Assembly: GCA_963667035.1 (NCBI GenBank)
Contig: OY762964.1
Location: 1,888,001-1,952,000, forward strand
Direction: 5' to 3'
DNA: 64,000 bases
Source of the DNA: Candidatus Cloacimonadales bacterium
GTDB taxonomy: Bacteria > Cloacimonadota > Cloacimonadia > Cloacimonadales > JAFGVF01
Positions 61,452 through 64,000 of this stretch are shown in pieces; position 1 is the stretch's first letter, and each line of letters begins with the position of its first letter. Both the position numbers and the translations under genes were made by a program. Under the pieces are notes generated by a model, which was given only the letters and a program-made list of their open reading frames with translations, was not told where the DNA came from and ran no database searches.

Positions 61452-62042
61452 ATGAATATTGATTACTATATAACATCTTCGGATGTAATCGAATACCTTT
61501 TCTGCCCCGCTTTTACTTACTTCATGCATGTTTTGAATATTGAGCAAAACGAAAAAAGAAGATTTCTTGTTACTAAAGGGATTGATATACATGAAAAGAA
61601 TCTTGTTAGGAACAAAGACTATCTAAGAAAGAAAGCTGGAGCAGTAAAAAAAGAGTCTGATTTATATCTTACTTCTGATAAACTGAAAATTGTCGGAAGA
61701 CTTGATGAGCTACTGTTTCTTGAAGATGGGACTGTTGCCCCCCTAGATTATAAATACGCTTATTGGGATAATAAATTGTACAGAACATATAAAATGCAAC
61801 AAACGCTCTATGCTCTTCTAGCTGAAGAACACTTCAACTCTATGTCCAATAAAGCTTTCATCGTCTATGTTAGAAGTAAGAAGAAATTAGTTGATTTTGA
61901 TGTTACTCCAACACTCAAAATGGAGGCAATATCTATTGTACACGACATCTTGGATATTATCTCTAATTCCAAATTCCCACAAATTAACAGTTCATCAATG
62001 AAATGCTCTGATTGCACCTATCGAAACATCTGTATTAAATAG
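61452..62042 (+). CDS. cas4: Cas4 RecB-like nuclease
   Basis: EYLFCP, GRLDE, PLDYK, QQTLYA, CSDCTYRNIC. Confidence 0.9.
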   Translation: MNIDYYITSSDVIEYLFCPAFTYFMHVLNIEQNEKRRFLVTKGIDIHEKNLVRNKDYLRKKAGAVKKESDLYLTSDKLKIVGRLDELLFLEDGTVAPLDYKYAYWDNKLYRTYKMQQTLYALLAEEHFNSMSNKAFIVYVRSKKKLVDFDVTPTLKMEAISIVHDILDIISNSKFPQINSSSMKCSDCTYRNICIK

Positions 62043-62170
62043 TATTTTGAGTATTTTGGCGAACAACATTGTTACTATAATAAATAGACATATCAATGAA
62101 TTTATCAGATATCCATTTCTGATATTTCTTCTTAATTATATGGTATTTAAATATATACGTGAGATTATGA

Positions 62171-62207
62171 TTACTTACCCACTATCCATTAAATCAAGGA
62201 TTCATTT
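62171..62207 (+). CRISPR. Solitary degenerate CRISPR repeat after an AT-rich leader-like region; no array
   Basis: ttacttacccactatccattaaatcaaggattcattt resembles 37-nt repeats ending CCATTAAAACAAGGATTGAAAC; located 128 bp after cas4. Confidence 0.55.
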
Positions 62208-62210
62208 TGT

Positions 62211-62300
62211 TAATCCCAAGGGTATTAAATATGAGATTCTTGTACGAAGTGTATGGGAATAATATTTAAAATGATACATCGATCCCGAAGTGGGTCGAAT
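62211..62300. repeat. Degenerate REP-like arm
   Basis: taatcccaagggtattaaatatgag matches 21/25 to taatccctatgggattaaatgtgag (30589); distal hairpin gatcccgaagtgggtc. Confidence 0.5.
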
Positions 62301-62566
62301 ACTCTATTGAGATAATCTATGGATAACATCAAAAAATTTCAGGTCAATACTACTATTTTGCTATCACATAGAATTCTTATCGCGTTATTATTAACAAACT
62401 CATATAGACCGGATAGCAATTTAATCCCCATCTGATTCTCTACTATCGTAACGAGTTTTTAACGGGAAGCTAACGAGATATAAGGAACGTATAAAACAGA
62501 AAAAATAAAGCTATATGGAATCCCATCTATTCTCTAAGTTACACTATTATAAAATAATGCCAGAAG

Positions 62567-64000
62567 TTATCTTCTGACTGCTATTAACTCATATATTTTA
62601 ACCGGAATGTTCTTGCCTTTCACTTTAATCTCGTCAAGATAATCAACAACAACCTTGTCTTTAACCACTTCGAGTGTGTACTCACTAATAATAATCTTCT
62701 TTTGGGTTTTATACTCTTTGTTAATAGCCTCCAATCTTGCTCCGAGATTAATGTTATCTCCTATTGCCGTATAATCAAATATCTGCTCCGACCCTAAGTT
62801 ACCAACAACAGCTTTACCCGTATTAATACCAATACCAATCTCAAAGATGTCTCTTCCCTCTTTCTGCCATTCACGATGGAGTCTATCAAGAACATCTCTC
62901 ATCTCAAGAGCAGTCCTACACGCATTTAGAGCATGTTCTTCATCTTTCAAGGGAGTACCGTACAGAGCCATAATCTCATCACCGACAAACTTATCGACGA
63001 TACCCTTATGTCTCTTTATAACTTCAACCATAGCCGTGAGGTACTCACTCAATATTGCCACTGTGGTCTCCGGAGGGTGAGATTCACTATAGCTAGTGAA
63101 AGAGCGGATATCCGAGAATAACACTGTAATCTCTTGCTCTGAACCTCCGTATGTAAGAGACTTTGGATTCTTGAGTAGCTCATTAACGACTTCAGGGGCC
63201 ATATACATTTGGAAAGCATTCTTAATAAATCTCTTCTCTCTAGCAGTTGAAATGAATGTGTATACCAGATTAAATGTATAACTTAACAGACCATATAAGA
63301 TGAAAATAACTACTTGCCAAATCTCGTTGAATTGTATGAATCTGTATACTGACCATATTAAAACTGCTATTAGAATTAATAAAGTAATCAGAATTGAGTA
63401 TTGTGGCTTTATAAGCCTATTCACTATTTGCATTATTATAGCAATAAAGAATAACAATAGAATTACTGTTCCAAAACCTACTTCATTGATAAATCTTCCA
63501 TCCTTTACCATTTGGAGGAAATTAGCATGTATCTCAACTCCGGGAAGAGTTACTTTCTTATAGTTAAAAGGTGTGCTGAAATTATCATGCAACTCTGCAG
63601 TAGAAACACCGACAAAAACCGTCTTGTCTTTAAAAACACCTTCAGAGAGAAACTGATTAAACTCGTTAATTTGAAAGTCCTCGGTTTCAAAGCCCGGTAG
63701 TAAGAAATTCTCGTCATCCAATATGGAAGAGAAAGAATAGTACTTGAAAGTTCCTTCCGCACCATAATAGTTAATGGCTACTCGCTTAGAGTTGTTTAGA
63801 GGGATTCTATAATCATTGACTTTTAAGACACCATCTTCTCGGACAATATTGTCCTTCCACGAACTATCACCTTTCTCTGTAGCAAGTGCTACTATCCCTA
63901 AAGAGTATACCCGTAAATCAGCTTCCTCATCATAAATAGGATAGTTTCTGATAAACCCGTCAACATCAGCACTCATGTTAACCATACCCCAAGGAGCATT
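62567..64000 (-). CDS. CHASE2-domain class III adenylate/guanylate cyclase (5' end outside window)
   Basis: CHASE2 PGVEIHAN, three TM helices, LFSDIRSFT, DKFVGDEIMA, YTAIGDNINLGARLE. Frame open to the window edge. Confidence 0.92.
   Translation of the reverse strand, partial: NAPWGMVNMSADVDGFIRNYPIYDEEADLRVYSLGIVALATEKGDSSWKDNIVREDGVLKVNDYRIPLNNSKRVAINYYGAEGTFKYYSFSSILDDENFLLPGFETEDFQINEFNQFLSEGVFKDKTVFVGVSTAELHDNFSTPFNYKKVTLPGVEIHANFLQMVKDGRFINEVGFGTVILLLFFIAIIMQIVNRLIKPQYSILITLLILIAVLIWSVYRFIQFNEIWQVVIFILYGLLSYTFNLVYTFISTAREKRFIKNAFQMYMAPEVVNELLKNPKSLTYGGSEQEITVLFSDIRSFTSYSESHPPETTVAILSEYLTAMVEVIKRHKGIVDKFVGDEIMALYGTPLKDEEHALNACRTALEMRDVLDRLHREWQKEGRDIFEIGIGINTGKAVVGNLGSEQIFDYTAIGDNINLGARLEAINKEYKTQKKIIISEYTLEVVKDKVVVDYLDEIKVKGKNIPVKIYELIAVRR

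Noticed and set aside
62567..64000. Cyclase as a CRISPR-linked signalling component
   Set aside because: It is an ordinary CHASE2 class III cyclase convergent with the locus, and type I-B does not use cyclic-nucleotide signalling.

Overview
AT-rich chromosomal window of an anaerobic bacterium. Two secreted proteins ending in a GNYPNPFNP/FlgD-Ig tail, a C25 gingipain-like protein, Rnf and [FeFe]-hydrogenases suggest Cloacimonadota (inference). In order, the window holds: (1) a minus-strand cluster rex-hydC-hydB-hydA-[2Fe-2S] ferredoxin-Fe-ADH-PAS sensory hydrogenase-SpoIIE phosphatase, with two Rex-type boxes; (2) two 1662-bp IS1182-family copies, each of which duplicated a whole terminator hairpin (24 and 20 bp) on insertion; (3) an IS481-family element; (4) secreted proteins and a coupled AAA-like ATPase + MscS pair; (5) a KAP P-loop NTPase bracketed by 115-bp REP-like direct repeats; (6) a Btu-like ABC pair, rnfCDGEAB, cmk-ispH-rpsA and panDC; (7) a type I-B CRISPR-Cas locus in which cas8b/cas7/cas5/cas4 are open, cas3, cas1 and cas2 each carry one in-frame stop, cas6 appears to start at ATT, and only one degenerate repeat remains; (8) a partial CHASE2 adenylate/guanylate cyclase. 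Unexplained non-coding structure includes an 11-bp-phased inverted array (CACTGTG/CACAGTG). All calls are by eye from motifs; no searches were run.
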